64,000 nt of DNA from a virus. The notes below the pieces were generated by a model. It was not told where the DNA came from and did no database searches. It worked only from the letters and a program-made list of their open reading frames with translations. The position numbers and the translations under genes are program-made. Where the stretch lies: positions 32,001 to 96,000 of the IMG/VR virus record IMGVR_UViG_3300046170_000446, one strand, 5' to 3'. This document shows, piece after piece, positions 18,749-27,467 of this stretch (positions are counted from its first letter, which is position 1; each line of letters starts with the position of its first letter).

Positions 18749-18978
18749 ATAACTGATTTCTCTACACTAGAAGTCTCTAAGAGAGTGTCTACTTTTTCAA
18801 TTTCTTCAGAGCTGAAGTATTTAGTCGAGCGCATGACGGCTTCTGTGGTCAACTCTAAAAGCCCGTACTTTGTCTTCAAATACTGACCTCCGACAATCAC
18901 GCACTCAGTACCTTTAGGTAAGACTACGTACTCTACGCTACCTTTCTTCCTCAGCGCCACTGCTTCCTTCACCCACAT
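18739..18978 (-). CDS. Hypothetical protein
   Basis: ORF with RBS GGAGG; its last codons overlap the tRNA 5' end. Confidence 0.5.
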   Translation of the reverse strand: MWVKEAVALRKKGSVEYVVLPKGTECVIVGGQYLKTKYGLLELTTEAVMRSTKYFSSEEIEKVDTLLETSSVEKSVMGS

Positions 18979-19342
18979 CTTCTACCTCCTCCAAAAACAC
19001 ATCTAAATCTTCACGAGATACGTAAATAGGATAACCCGCTCCTAGAGAGCCCTCGATATTGTAATAGTAATACTCAAGAGCTTCTTCATACGCGGTGTCT
19101 TCAGACTCCCCGTAAGTAGGGTCACTTAGCCAAGACTTAGCGAGTATATCTATTATCCTATCCTTATCGTAGACAGCTACCCTGTACCCATTAACGTGAG
19201 ACATTCCTACTAGGGCGCTGTCGTACATTTTTCTTGGTAAAAAAACAACATTATCGCCGTCGTAATCTAATAGCTCAGGGGTGGGGCGCGCGCTCTGAGA
19301 CTCAGGGGCATTCATCTTCTTTATGACCTCAAGACACCACAT
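18938..19342 (-). CDS. Conserved phage hypothetical protein
   Basis: YDSALVG...VAVYD..RIIDIL...EEALEYYYYNIEGS pattern recalled from phage hypotheticals. Confidence 0.65.
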   Translation of the reverse strand: MWCLEVIKKMNAPESQSARPTPELLDYDGDNVVFLPRKMYDSALVGMSHVNGYRVAVYDKDRIIDILAKSWLSDPTYGESEDTAYEEALEYYYYNIEGSLGAGYPIYVSREDLDVFLEEVEDVGEGSSGAEEER

Positions 19343-19365
19343 AGTGCTTATCCTTTGCGTAAGAA

Positions 19366-19437
19366 TGGGTCGTCAGGGACTCGAACCCTGAACCAATGGA
19401 TTAAAAGTCCACTGCTCTACCATTGAGCTAACAACCC
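19366..19437 (-). tRNA. tRNA-Lys(UUU)
   Basis: GGGTTGT/ACGACCC acceptor stem, GTGGA-CTTTTAA-TCCAT anticodon arm, TTCGAGT T-loop. Confidence 0.93.
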
Positions 19438-19449
19438 AAAAGGGCTTTC

Positions 19450-19478
19450 AGTTAATGCCCTGAAGTGTATCCTGTCAA
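19450..19478 (-). promoter_or_regulatory. Sigma70-type promoter for tRNA-Lys
   Basis: TTGACA-N17-TTAACT ending 12 nt upstream of the tRNA. Confidence 0.6.
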
Positions 19479-19572
19479 GACGTTACTTTAAAACGTGATA
19501 AAGTATCGTGCTTACGGTCAAGATGTAAAAAAACACGGAGATGTTAGGCAGTATCTGTTCAGCAGGCATCTC

Positions 19573-19830
19573 TCAATAGTCCTCAAAGCCCTTAGCTTGA
19601 AGATTAGACACCTTCACGTCTTGAGAAGAAGCGACCTCTGAAAACACCTCTTCGGCGCTCTCCCTTGACTTACACGACAAAGACATTCCGAAAAGAAATT
19701 CTTCACCGTTACCGTAAACATCAATGAAGCAGGTGTTATTGGGAGTTGTTGTTAAAGTAACCGCTACCTCTGTACACCTCTCACCCCACGCAACGTCCGT
19801 AGTAGGAGCGGTCTGCTTCTTAACTATCAT
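19573..19830 (-). CDS. Hypothetical protein
   Basis: ORF with RBS AGGAG. Confidence 0.55.
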   Translation of the reverse strand: MIVKKQTAPTTDVAWGERCTEVAVTLTTTPNNTCFIDVYGNGEEFLFGMSLSCKSRESAEEVFSEVASSQDVKVSNLQAKGFEDY

Positions 19831-19986
19831 TTGATCTCCTAATTTTCTTTACTACTCGCTCTAAGATTATAACAAGCCTTGAAGACACTCGATGTATTTG
19901 AACACCTAACAATACAAACCCTGCACTGGATAACATAGCAAAGAGCGCGTCGAGGTCTACACCGTCCACTTTTAGGGCTCCTTTTA

Positions 19987-20058
19987 CGCGCCTGGCAGGG
20001 GTCGAACCTGCGACCAATGGCTTAGAAGGCCACTGCTCTTCCACTGAGCTACAAACGC
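19987..20058 (-). tRNA. tRNA-Arg(UCU)
   Basis: GCGTTTG/CAGGCGC acceptor stem, GTGGC-CTTCTAA-GCCAT anticodon arm, TTCGACC T-loop. Confidence 0.92.
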
Positions 20059-20141
20059 CTAGAGTTAGATTAAAGCACCGCCTTAAGCCATGCTCCGTAA
20101 ACATCTATACCACCCCGACCAAGACCGTCAACCCTAATCGC

Positions 20142-21380
20142 TTAAATCTTACGCACCCTGCCTCTCTTGTCTACAAGGTAAGGCTGATCCTTCAAATAAA
20201 TCATATCTAGCGTTACGTCTAAGAAACGATAACCTTGAGTGAAACGATTGTAGGGGAAGCGCCCTCTTACTCGCCCTTTCCTGTAAGGGAAGCCTTTAAC
20301 CACTCTAAAACAAGCCGTAACAGCCTCTCCCTCAAGTGGAAGCCCATCCTCTTCACTTACTTTGAGGAACGTGCGAGAAACAACAGGACGGCGACCACTC
20401 TTAGTAATCTTAGGCTTGCCTAAATTGAAGAACCTCAAGCTACCTGGGATCTCTTTAAACGATCCAAAGAGAGTTGGGTTCTTTATCTCAAGACCTTTAT
20501 GCTTAAGTGAATAGGTGCTCAGACGGCTTGGGAAACAGAACAGCTTAGAGGGGAGAGCTTTCCGCTGTCTCTTCATATCGCTTAGAAGAGCTTTGTGCTC
20601 TCGACTCTTCCTAAAAGTCTTCCTTTGTAGAGGAGTCATAGGCTTGGTAAGGAACTGTTTTCTGCTCACAGCATCTAGTTTACGGAAGTCACGTAAGCCT
20701 TTAAAGAAACACCTAGCCTTCTCGTAAGAGTAATATCTTGAAGAGAGGTAGGTGGTGTGGGATGCGCAAGAGGGTAGGTATTTGAGAAAATTAAGATCAG
20801 AAGAATACCTCGACTCCTTAAAGACCTGAGCCGACTCAGGGATCGTGAGCTTTATAATACCGCTCTCTTGGTTAATCTCTACTTGTGCGTGCTCAATCCT
20901 GTCGGAGATTAAGGTAGGGAATACGATCTCCCAACGAGCTATCGTAGGTACAGAACGGCTTAAAACCCTCTGTCTAATATCTTTAAAGCTCCCTGCCCGT
21001 AAAAGTGGGGTAGACTCTCCCTCGTATAAGATAGGGACTATTCCGCTTAAGACTTGGAAGTACCTCTCTGCCGTTAAATCTTTAGGCTCTGAGGGTATTT
21101 CTTCCCTGTAGGGCTCTAAGCGCCTCCCGTCTTCGTAAGTGGTAGCCTCTAACCTAACAAATAGATAAACGGAGATCGCCACCCGATTAAGATTACTTGA
21201 TACCTTAATCTTGTATTTGACTGTAAAGAGGCGCTCTTCAAAGTAATCCTCGGAAGGTGATTTCTCAGTGATTGAAGGCGGGAGGCTTGGGACATGGATG
21301 CGTAAAACCTCAGCAGAAGCGGTGAGTGTTATTACAGACGCCAGCGCCGTTGTAAGGACTAATCTACAATATGGGGACAA
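20142..21380 (-). CDS. Secreted basic hypothetical protein
   Basis: Signal peptide ending ASA-E; 412 aa. Confidence 0.55.
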   Translation of the reverse strand: MSPYCRLVLTTALASVITLTASAEVLRIHVPSLPPSITEKSPSEDYFEERLFTVKYKIKVSSNLNRVAISVYLFVRLEATTYEDGRRLEPYREEIPSEPKDLTAERYFQVLSGIVPILYEGESTPLLRAGSFKDIRQRVLSRSVPTIARWEIVFPTLISDRIEHAQVEINQESGIIKLTIPESAQVFKESRYSSDLNFLKYLPSCASHTTYLSSRYYSYEKARCFFKGLRDFRKLDAVSRKQFLTKPMTPLQRKTFRKSREHKALLSDMKRQRKALPSKLFCFPSRLSTYSLKHKGLEIKNPTLFGSFKEIPGSLRFFNLGKPKITKSGRRPVVSRTFLKVSEEDGLPLEGEAVTACFRVVKGFPYRKGRVRGRFPYNRFTQGYRFLDVTLDMIYLKDQPYLVDKRGRVRKI

Positions 21381-21418
21381 AAGATCCCTCCTTTAAGAAA
21401 AATGAAAAGAGCCAGATT

Positions 21419-21707
21419 TCACTCAAAAGAAGACACGGCTTGAGCTTGCCCGCCTTTCGTGAGCATCAGGCTTTTGATTTTGCATCTGACCTGCTCAGAC
21501 CTTAAATCACAGAGGTGGGCGGAAAAGAAAACAATAAAACCCAAACCTGAGAGCACGCCTGCTCCGCGTATACTGCCCACCGAAGCAGAAAAAAAGCACA
21601 CCTGAGAGGATTAGCCAGCCCATAGTCTTCAAGGCTAAGCTAGCTCGATCTGCCTTAATCTTCTCTAACATTAGTAGTCTCAAGTTTTCCACGTATTCGG
21701 AGCTCAT
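21419..21707 (-). CDS. Two-TM membrane protein, split by an extra base in the A7 run at 21589-21595
   Basis: Removing one base joins ORFs 21507-21707 and 21419-21601 into a 95-aa protein with two TM segments. Confidence 0.5.
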
Positions 21708-21774
21708 CTATCTTTACCTTAATCCTTAAGCGCGTTAGGTTGTCTTAACCTGTAAATATCCGAGGCGACAGAGC

Positions 21775-22752
21775 ATGGTCAATATGATTGAGAAGTCTAA
21801 CCTTAAAACTTTTTTTTTGAGACTCGTAAAAAGTAAAGGAGGCTTCGTGTGTCACCACGCGCACCTAGACAAAGCCTACTTGGTGACGCCCTATAACCTC
21901 AAACTGTCTCAAAACAGCCTGCAAGAAAAGTGGAATATCTACAGAGAGCTCAAATTTCGCTATACCGAAAACTCTCTTGTAAGCAGGATGGAGATGGGTA
22001 TCGCCTCTCTTAAAGAGCAGGGAGTCACCAAATGCAGAACCTTCATTGACGCAGACCCTATCGTCGGGCTCACACCAATGAAAGTAGCTCAAAAATTGAA
22101 GGAAAAACACGCTAAAGAAGGTTTTGACCTCCAACTCGCCGTACAGCCTTTGGAAGGTGTCGTACAGCCTGAAGCGCGGAGAATATTTACAGAGGCTTGC
22201 GAGATAGCCGATGTGGTAGGTGGACTCCCCGATAGAGACGAGTCTCCCTCTTTACACATGGACATCATTTTATCCATAGCTAAAGAAATGTCGAAACCCG
22301 TAGACGTACACGTAGGGCAAAACAACATTCCGTCAGAGAAGGAGTCCGAGATGGTGGCGGATAAAGTCTCTGAGTATGGTTTAGAAGGTGAGGTTAATCT
22401 CGTCCACGCTATTTCTTTAGCCTGCCAGCAGAAGAGTGATCGGGAGCGCGTGATCTCTAAGATTAGAGACGCGGGTATAGGTGTCATAGTGTGTCCGAGC
22501 GCCGCTTTAAGCATGAAGCAACAGAGCGACCTGACCGCGCCCATCCACAACTCTATAGCTCCCGTGATGGAGTTAATCGAAGGGGGAGTAGACGTAATGT
22601 TAGGAGTGGATAACATCGCTGACTTATTCATGCCTCTAGTCGATGGTGACTTGTGGTTTGAGAGCCGTATCTTAATGGAGGCTATTCGATGTTATGATTT
22701 GGAGCTCATCTCAAATATTGTGTCTAATCCGCGAGGCTTCTCAACTACGTAG
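21775..22752 (+). CDS. Amidohydrolase, cytosine-deaminase (CodA)-like
   Basis: HHAHLDKA, RTFIDAD, DVVGGLP, VDVHV, NLVHAISL and LGVDNIAD metal-binding motifs. Confidence 0.8.
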   Translation: MVNMIEKSNLKTFFLRLVKSKGGFVCHHAHLDKAYLVTPYNLKLSQNSLQEKWNIYRELKFRYTENSLVSRMEMGIASLKEQGVTKCRTFIDADPIVGLTPMKVAQKLKEKHAKEGFDLQLAVQPLEGVVQPEARRIFTEACEIADVVGGLPDRDESPSLHMDIILSIAKEMSKPVDVHVGQNNIPSEKESEMVADKVSEYGLEGEVNLVHAISLACQQKSDRERVISKIRDAGIGVIVCPSAALSMKQQSDLTAPIHNSIAPVMELIEGGVDVMLGVDNIADLFMPLVDGDLWFESRILMEAIRCYDLELISNIVSNPRGFSTT

Positions 22753-22796
22753 CTCACGTCGAAAAAACGATCAGGTTTTCTCCCTCTATCCTCTAG

Positions 22797-23234
22797 TTGA
22801 AAATACGAGTGAAGGCTGGAGAGGGTAGGGACATGAGCATAACTGACTATATCAACTTCTTATACAGAGGATTTATCCACTGCTGTCAAAGAAAAAGCTC
22901 TCTTCATGAGAGCTTTAAGATTATGTGGCTTTTCTTAGACTGTTGGTTTACAGGCCACCTTGAAGACTTCGTAGACGTGTGCTCTGAGAACCTTGTTTTC
23001 GGCTTAAAAGACATCAGACCGTTACCCAAAGTCGATGACCTTCAGGACTTTGCCATAATTCTATGTTGGAACAGATCTTGTACTCTTTGGTTTTGTCCGA
23101 ATACAAGATTAACCACTGTTAAAGAGGGATCAGAGGCGCTAATCCGCCATTGGGAATGGAAGATCGCGAGCGGTGACTTAGAGGTGGTCGAGATAGACCC
23201 TCTTATTGTTCAGGATATCCTTAACCCTGAATAA
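22797..23234 (+). CDS. Hypothetical protein
   Basis: ORF; likely start is MSITD. Confidence 0.45.
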   Translation: MKIRVKAGEGRDMSITDYINFLYRGFIHCCQRKSSLHESFKIMWLFLDCWFTGHLEDFVDVCSENLVFGLKDIRPLPKVDDLQDFAIILCWNRSCTLWFCPNTRLTTVKEGSEALIRHWEWKIASGDLEVVEIDPLIVQDILNPE

Positions 23235-23463
23235 CCCAATCAGGCTTCTCGCGCTCTCCGAGCTTGACTCCTCGACCCCAAGCGTAACCTTCTTTGAAGG
23301 CAACCGCTTTGTCGCTCAAGTCGCTTTCTTCGTACTTATCTTGCTCACTCAAGGTGTAGCCCCAAATGTAGCCTTGCTGGAAAGCGAGAGGGTCTTTAGA
23401 GGGTAGCTCTCCCATGTTCATGCGGAGTATCTGAGGTGTATTTGACGTTTTCATCATTGGCAT
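23221..23463 (-). CDS. Hypothetical protein with two AFxxGYxWG repeats
   Basis: AFQQGYIWG and AFKEGYAWG. Confidence 0.55.
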   Translation of the reverse strand: MPMMKTSNTPQILRMNMGELPSKDPLAFQQGYIWGYTLSEQDKYEESDLSDKAVAFKEGYAWGRGVKLGEREKPDWVIQG

Positions 23464-23483
23464 GGCGAGTGCTCCCGTTAGTC

Positions 23484-24662
23484 TTAGTCATCCTCTAATC
23501 CGTCGAGAATAGACGGATCAGCGCCCTCGTCGGGTTCGACCTCTCCGTCTCCAAACTGTTGAGTAAGTAACGGAGAGATGTGACTAAACAAAGTGTCGCT
23601 CAAACCTTTCTCATCAATCGCAGAGCGGAAAGCCGCGTAACCACAGCATTTGATCTCCTCCCCATCAGGAGTCACCCACGTATACCACGCGCCTTTCTTG
23701 CTGATAACATTATAGTTAGTGCCTACCTCGATGATAGAGCGCACGTCATCAATCCCGCTCCCATGCGAAAGCCAATACTTCATCTCATGGAACACGGATG
23801 AGCTGACTTTACACTTATCGAGCTTCGCAATGACATTAGTAGCTGTTACTTGCTCCTCAGCCTTACCTAAAAGAGGGTTGAACATCTTCGCCCGCTCTTT
23901 ACCTGCGACACGTAAGCCCATACGGACACAAGAATAATACTGCCAAGCCTTACCTCCCTGCACTTCCGTAGTCGGCCCCATACCCATACCACCAATCTTA
24001 GAACGGAGTTGAGAGATCGCGATGACCGCTGTACCGCTCTTTGTGATAAGGCGCTTGAAGCGAGGGAGGAAGTTAGACCACTTTGAAGCGAGCAAGCCGA
24101 TGCGACCCTGCTGACCAATTTCTTCGTCTTTGGCACGAAACCATTGCTCAGGCACACCCGCGCCTACAGAGTCGATAACAATAAGACTTACACCAGCTTT
24201 CGCATAAGCCCACATCAGGCGGAAACCCTCTTCAAGGGTATCAGGTTGATCAAGGATGAAATGGTTCTCGTCTGCGATAGGGATACCGATAGCCGCCGCA
24301 TAAGAAGGATCAACCTCGTTCTCAAAGTCGATATAAGCGCAAGCCTCTCCCATGCGGATTACAGAAGCGCAGGCTTCAAGTGCCGCTGTAGTCTTACCTG
24401 CGCCTGGATTGCCGTAAACATTAGAGATACGACCGCGAGGCCAACCTGGACATGGAGGCACACCAAACTGATTAGGACGACCGCCGATGAGGTAGTCTAA
24501 TATTACGCTCCCTGTAGGGATATGGGGCGCTGGCTCTCTTAAAAGATCGTCGTTGAGAGGTACTTTAGAGTCCTCGTAGTTCTTACCCAACGACTTTTTG
24601 AGCCCTTCGCGAGCTTTTTGGATGGGAGAGATAGGCTTACTTTCTGTCTTCTTTTTTGGCAT
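23484..24662 (-). CDS. recA: RecA recombinase
   Basis: IPTGS..LD, GWPRGRI..YGNPGAGKTT (Walker A), IVIDSV (Walker B), ISQLRSKIG, GGKAW.YY, KKGAWY. Confidence 0.93.
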   Translation of the reverse strand: MPKKKTESKPISPIQKAREGLKKSLGKNYEDSKVPLNDDLLREPAPHIPTGSVILDYLIGGRPNQFGVPPCPGWPRGRISNVYGNPGAGKTTAALEACASVIRMGEACAYIDFENEVDPSYAAAIGIPIADENHFILDQPDTLEEGFRLMWAYAKAGVSLIVIDSVGAGVPEQWFRAKDEEIGQQGRIGLLASKWSNFLPRFKRLITKSGTAVIAISQLRSKIGGMGMGPTTEVQGGKAWQYYSCVRMGLRVAGKERAKMFNPLLGKAEEQVTATNVIAKLDKCKVSSSVFHEMKYWLSHGSGIDDVRSIIEVGTNYNVISKKGAWYTWVTPDGEEIKCCGYAAFRSAIDEKGLSDTLFSHISPLLTQQFGDGEVEPDEGADPSILDGLEDD

Positions 24663-25315
24663 TACACATCGCCTTCATCATTAGACCAAAGGAAGAAACG
24701 ATCCTCTTCTCTGTGGATCAGACCGCTCTTGACTGTTTGACCTGCTCTCTTACCGCGAGAGAAGGTGTGTTCTCTACAGAACATTTTTTTCTCGACCTCA
24801 CTGAGATCGTCTGCTGTTAATACACTATCTAGATGTAAAAAGAACCGCCCCGCTGAACGAGCGACCAAGTAGGCATCTGCTTCATTGTGGTTCCAGCGAG
24901 CTTTTGTGTTGGTATCTTTCTTCGCTGTATCCACCATATCAGCCTTCAACATCTTCCATCCTTTCGGTCTACCCAAGGACTCTCTCGCTAGAGCTTTGAC
25001 TTGCGGGGGGGTGAAGAAAACAACATCGGCCTTAGACTCATACAGTGCCTCACACGAATAGAGAAAGAGCCCATACATACCCTCAGACCACAGGGCGTTA
25101 AAGATCGGGTACTCGATACCAACCCGATCAACATTGTGCTCTGTAATCAGCGAAATGAGGCGTTGTCGCATCTCCATATAACGCGTAACGAAGAGTTGCT
25201 TCTTCTTTGTTTGCCACCTCCCTCTAGCGACACACCTACCAGCTTCCTTAGCTTCCGTATCGTGTACCGCCCAACCGAAGTTGGTTAAGGAGGGGTCTAA
25301 TCCTAACACTCTCAT
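24662..25315 (-). CDS. ruvC: RuvC-like Holliday junction resolvase
   Basis: MRVLGLDPSLTNFGW, VGIE, P.QVK and HNEADA. Confidence 0.85.
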   Translation of the reverse strand: MRVLGLDPSLTNFGWAVHDTEAKEAGRCVARGRWQTKKKQLFVTRYMEMRQRLISLITEHNVDRVGIEYPIFNALWSEGMYGLFLYSCEALYESKADVVFFTPPQVKALARESLGRPKGWKMLKADMVDTAKKDTNTKARWNHNEADAYLVARSAGRFFLHLDSVLTADDLSEVEKKMFCREHTFSRGKRAGQTVKSGLIHREEDRFFLWSNDEGDV

Positions 25316-25415
25316 AAAAACCTTTCTTACATACGAAGAAGGGGGATGAGCCCATCGTGAGCCCACCCCCCTTTTAATCTAAAACCTTAGTGCCTGCTCT
25401 TAATCTTAAAGACTA

Positions 25416-26135
25416 TCAGTCATCGTCTAAGATGTCTCCGAGCATATCATCAATCTCGCCTGAAGAAGCGCCGACGCTACCAGTAGGATTAGCGACCTCA
25501 AGACCGAGCTTCTCCTTGAACTGATCAAGCGTATAGTCATTAGCGAGAGTGTTGTTGATGTTCTCAACGACGTTCTGAGCCTTCGTGATCACGTCCTTAG
25601 CGATTGAGCTGTCCTTGCTCAAGAGCGTAGCGAAAAGATTATCGCGAGTGATCGAAAAGTCCATCTTCTGAAACTGCGTGTCGGTACAAGCGATGGTGAG
25701 ATCATGCTCAGAGAGAGGCCACTCTTGGTGCTTGCGAAGGATTGACTTTACCTTGTCCTCGGAGAAGACCCAAGGCATGACCTTGTACTCACCGTTAGCG
25801 AGCGCAGTCTTGTCAGGGCGACCGTCCTTGAGAGGCCAAGAGACGATCACAGTGCCGATTGCGAGACGAGCCTTCTTCACCTTAGGATCAACTTGCTGTG
25901 CAACACGGAGAAACTCAGGCCCCTTGTCGAGCACATAACCAGCGCCCTGCACATACATACGGTGGCAAGAAGCGAACTGAGGAGAATTCTCCATGAGAGG
26001 AGTACCGTCTTCGATGCCCTTCCACCAAAGGAAAGAAACGCGGTACTCCTTGCCCTCCTCGCCTTTAAAGCGATCTGACTTGTAAGAGCTAGGCACTGAG
26101 CCTGGGTTGTCGAGTGTGAATGTCGAGAATGACAT
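25416..26135 (-). CDS. Single-stranded DNA-binding protein (gp32-like)
   Basis: Acidic C-tail (DILDDD), HDL.I.CTD..FQK, located in the recombination block. Confidence 0.6.
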   Translation of the reverse strand: MSFSTFTLDNPGSVPSSYKSDRFKGEEGKEYRVSFLWWKGIEDGTPLMENSPQFASCHRMYVQGAGYVLDKGPEFLRVAQQVDPKVKKARLAIGTVIVSWPLKDGRPDKTALANGEYKVMPWVFSEDKVKSILRKHQEWPLSEHDLTIACTDTQFQKMDFSITRDNLFATLLSKDSSIAKDVITKAQNVVENINNTLANDYTLDQFKEKLGLEVANPTGSVGASSGEIDDMLGDILDDD

Positions 26136-26261
26136 AATGTAAACCTCCGAAAGGGGGGTGTGTGGTTAATGAGTGGGTTTTTAGGCTTGGGTCGAAAGTG
26201 ACAAAAGAAAGAAACTAGCCTCCCACGTCTCATATACACTTTGACGTGAGAATGTTGACCA

Positions 26262-27020
26262 TTAAAAATCAAAATCTTCTAAAATGTCGTCCAAGTCGAA
26301 GTTTGAGAAGTTGTTAGAGTTAGGGAGCACCTCAGCCTTTTGAGGCTCGCTACCACAAAAGGCTTCTGCGCTATCGTCTTTGTTTGGAGCCTCTTCTATC
26401 ATGTCAGAGGTCATCAAATGAGGCTCAGTAAAGATAGGGAGAGGGATCTCTGCCCTCCCCTCCTGCGACGGGCTTTTCTTCACAAAGCCACTAACGATAG
26501 CTTGGTTCTTGCCTGGGATCAGCTCTACAGCTTGAGCTTCAAGATTACCCCACTTAGTGCCGAGGTTAATCTCTTCCTGTATGAGCTTAATCTGATCTCT
26601 CAAGCGCCCTTGTATGTCCTTAAGGTCAGAACGCTTAGCTTTGATGACCGTCAAACAAGCCTCCACCTCTTCGATAAAGAGGGTAAGATCATTAATCTTA
26701 CGGTGCTCTACCTCTAGCTTCATCGTAGCGATAGCTTCACGGTCTTTAAGGTTACGACCAGCTCTGACCTCAGGGTCATTGGCGAGTAAGTGCTTCATCT
26801 GAAGGCTAAAGTCAGCCTCAGCTAGTCTGCTCTCTCGCTTCACTCTTGAGAGCTCTTGAGACAAGTCTAAGAAAATAGACTCGCATTTTGAAAGCTGAGC
26901 CCTACTCTCAGCAACCTTACCGTTAAGGCGCTTCGGGCCGTATTGAATAGGGTCAGGGTCTAACGGCACGTCCATGACGCGGAGCGCGTCGTAGATGCCG
27001 TCAAAGTCAATCGTTGTCAT
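26262..27020 (-). CDS. Coiled-coil protein with acidic tail, possibly a UvsY-like recombination mediator
   Basis: Helical; ...DREA..., acidic C-terminus; adjacent to SSB and RecA. Confidence 0.4.
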   Translation of the reverse strand: MTTIDFDGIYDALRVMDVPLDPDPIQYGPKRLNGKVAESRAQLSKCESIFLDLSQELSRVKRESRLAEADFSLQMKHLLANDPEVRAGRNLKDREAIATMKLEVEHRKINDLTLFIEEVEACLTVIKAKRSDLKDIQGRLRDQIKLIQEEINLGTKWGNLEAQAVELIPGKNQAIVSGFVKKSPSQEGRAEIPLPIFTEPHLMTSDMIEEAPNKDDSAEAFCGSEPQKAEVLPNSNNFSNFDLDDILEDFDF

Positions 27021-27403
27021 TTTTTCAATGCCTCCAAAATAAGTTGGTCGTAGTTAGCTTTAATCTGTCGGACTGCTTGCTGGTAGTGCTCAGAAGAAAT
27101 CGAACCACCCGATACCGCGTGCTCATAAGCGGCGAGGTCTGCCTCCCTAGCGACAATCTTAGAAGCGATAACAGCCTCTTTCATGGTCATCGCGTTTAAG
27201 GACTGTGCCTCATCTATGTCACCGACATTCTCAAGATCATGCGTACCGTCATCTTGAATGGTGTCCCAAGACGCAGAAAAGCCAACGTAGCTGTCGCCCC
27301 CTCGACCTTTGACGGATCGGGTGCAGACCACCTTGGTAATACGGATCTTCTTTTTAATATCACGCAGTCTTGCGCGGATCGCTTGAAGCTCTTTGTCTTC
27401 CAT
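27017..27403 (-). CDS. Hypothetical protein
   Basis: RBS GGAGGG before ATG 27403. Confidence 0.6.
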   Translation of the reverse strand: MEDKELQAIRARLRDIKKKIRITKVVCTRSVKGRGGDSYVGFSASWDTIQDDGTHDLENVGDIDEAQSLNAMTMKEAVIASKIVAREADLAAYEHAVSGGSISSEHYQQAVRQIKANYDQLILEALKK

Positions 27404-27467
27404 CTTGCCCTCCTTTGTGGCGGTTGAAAGGTTCAAGAGCTATACACTTTTAAGTCTCCTCAGAGTC

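Noticed and set aside
19820-20104. 94-aa ORF as listed in the track
   Set aside because: Its 5' half is the tRNA-Arg gene; at most the 3' ~50 codons could be a real small gene.
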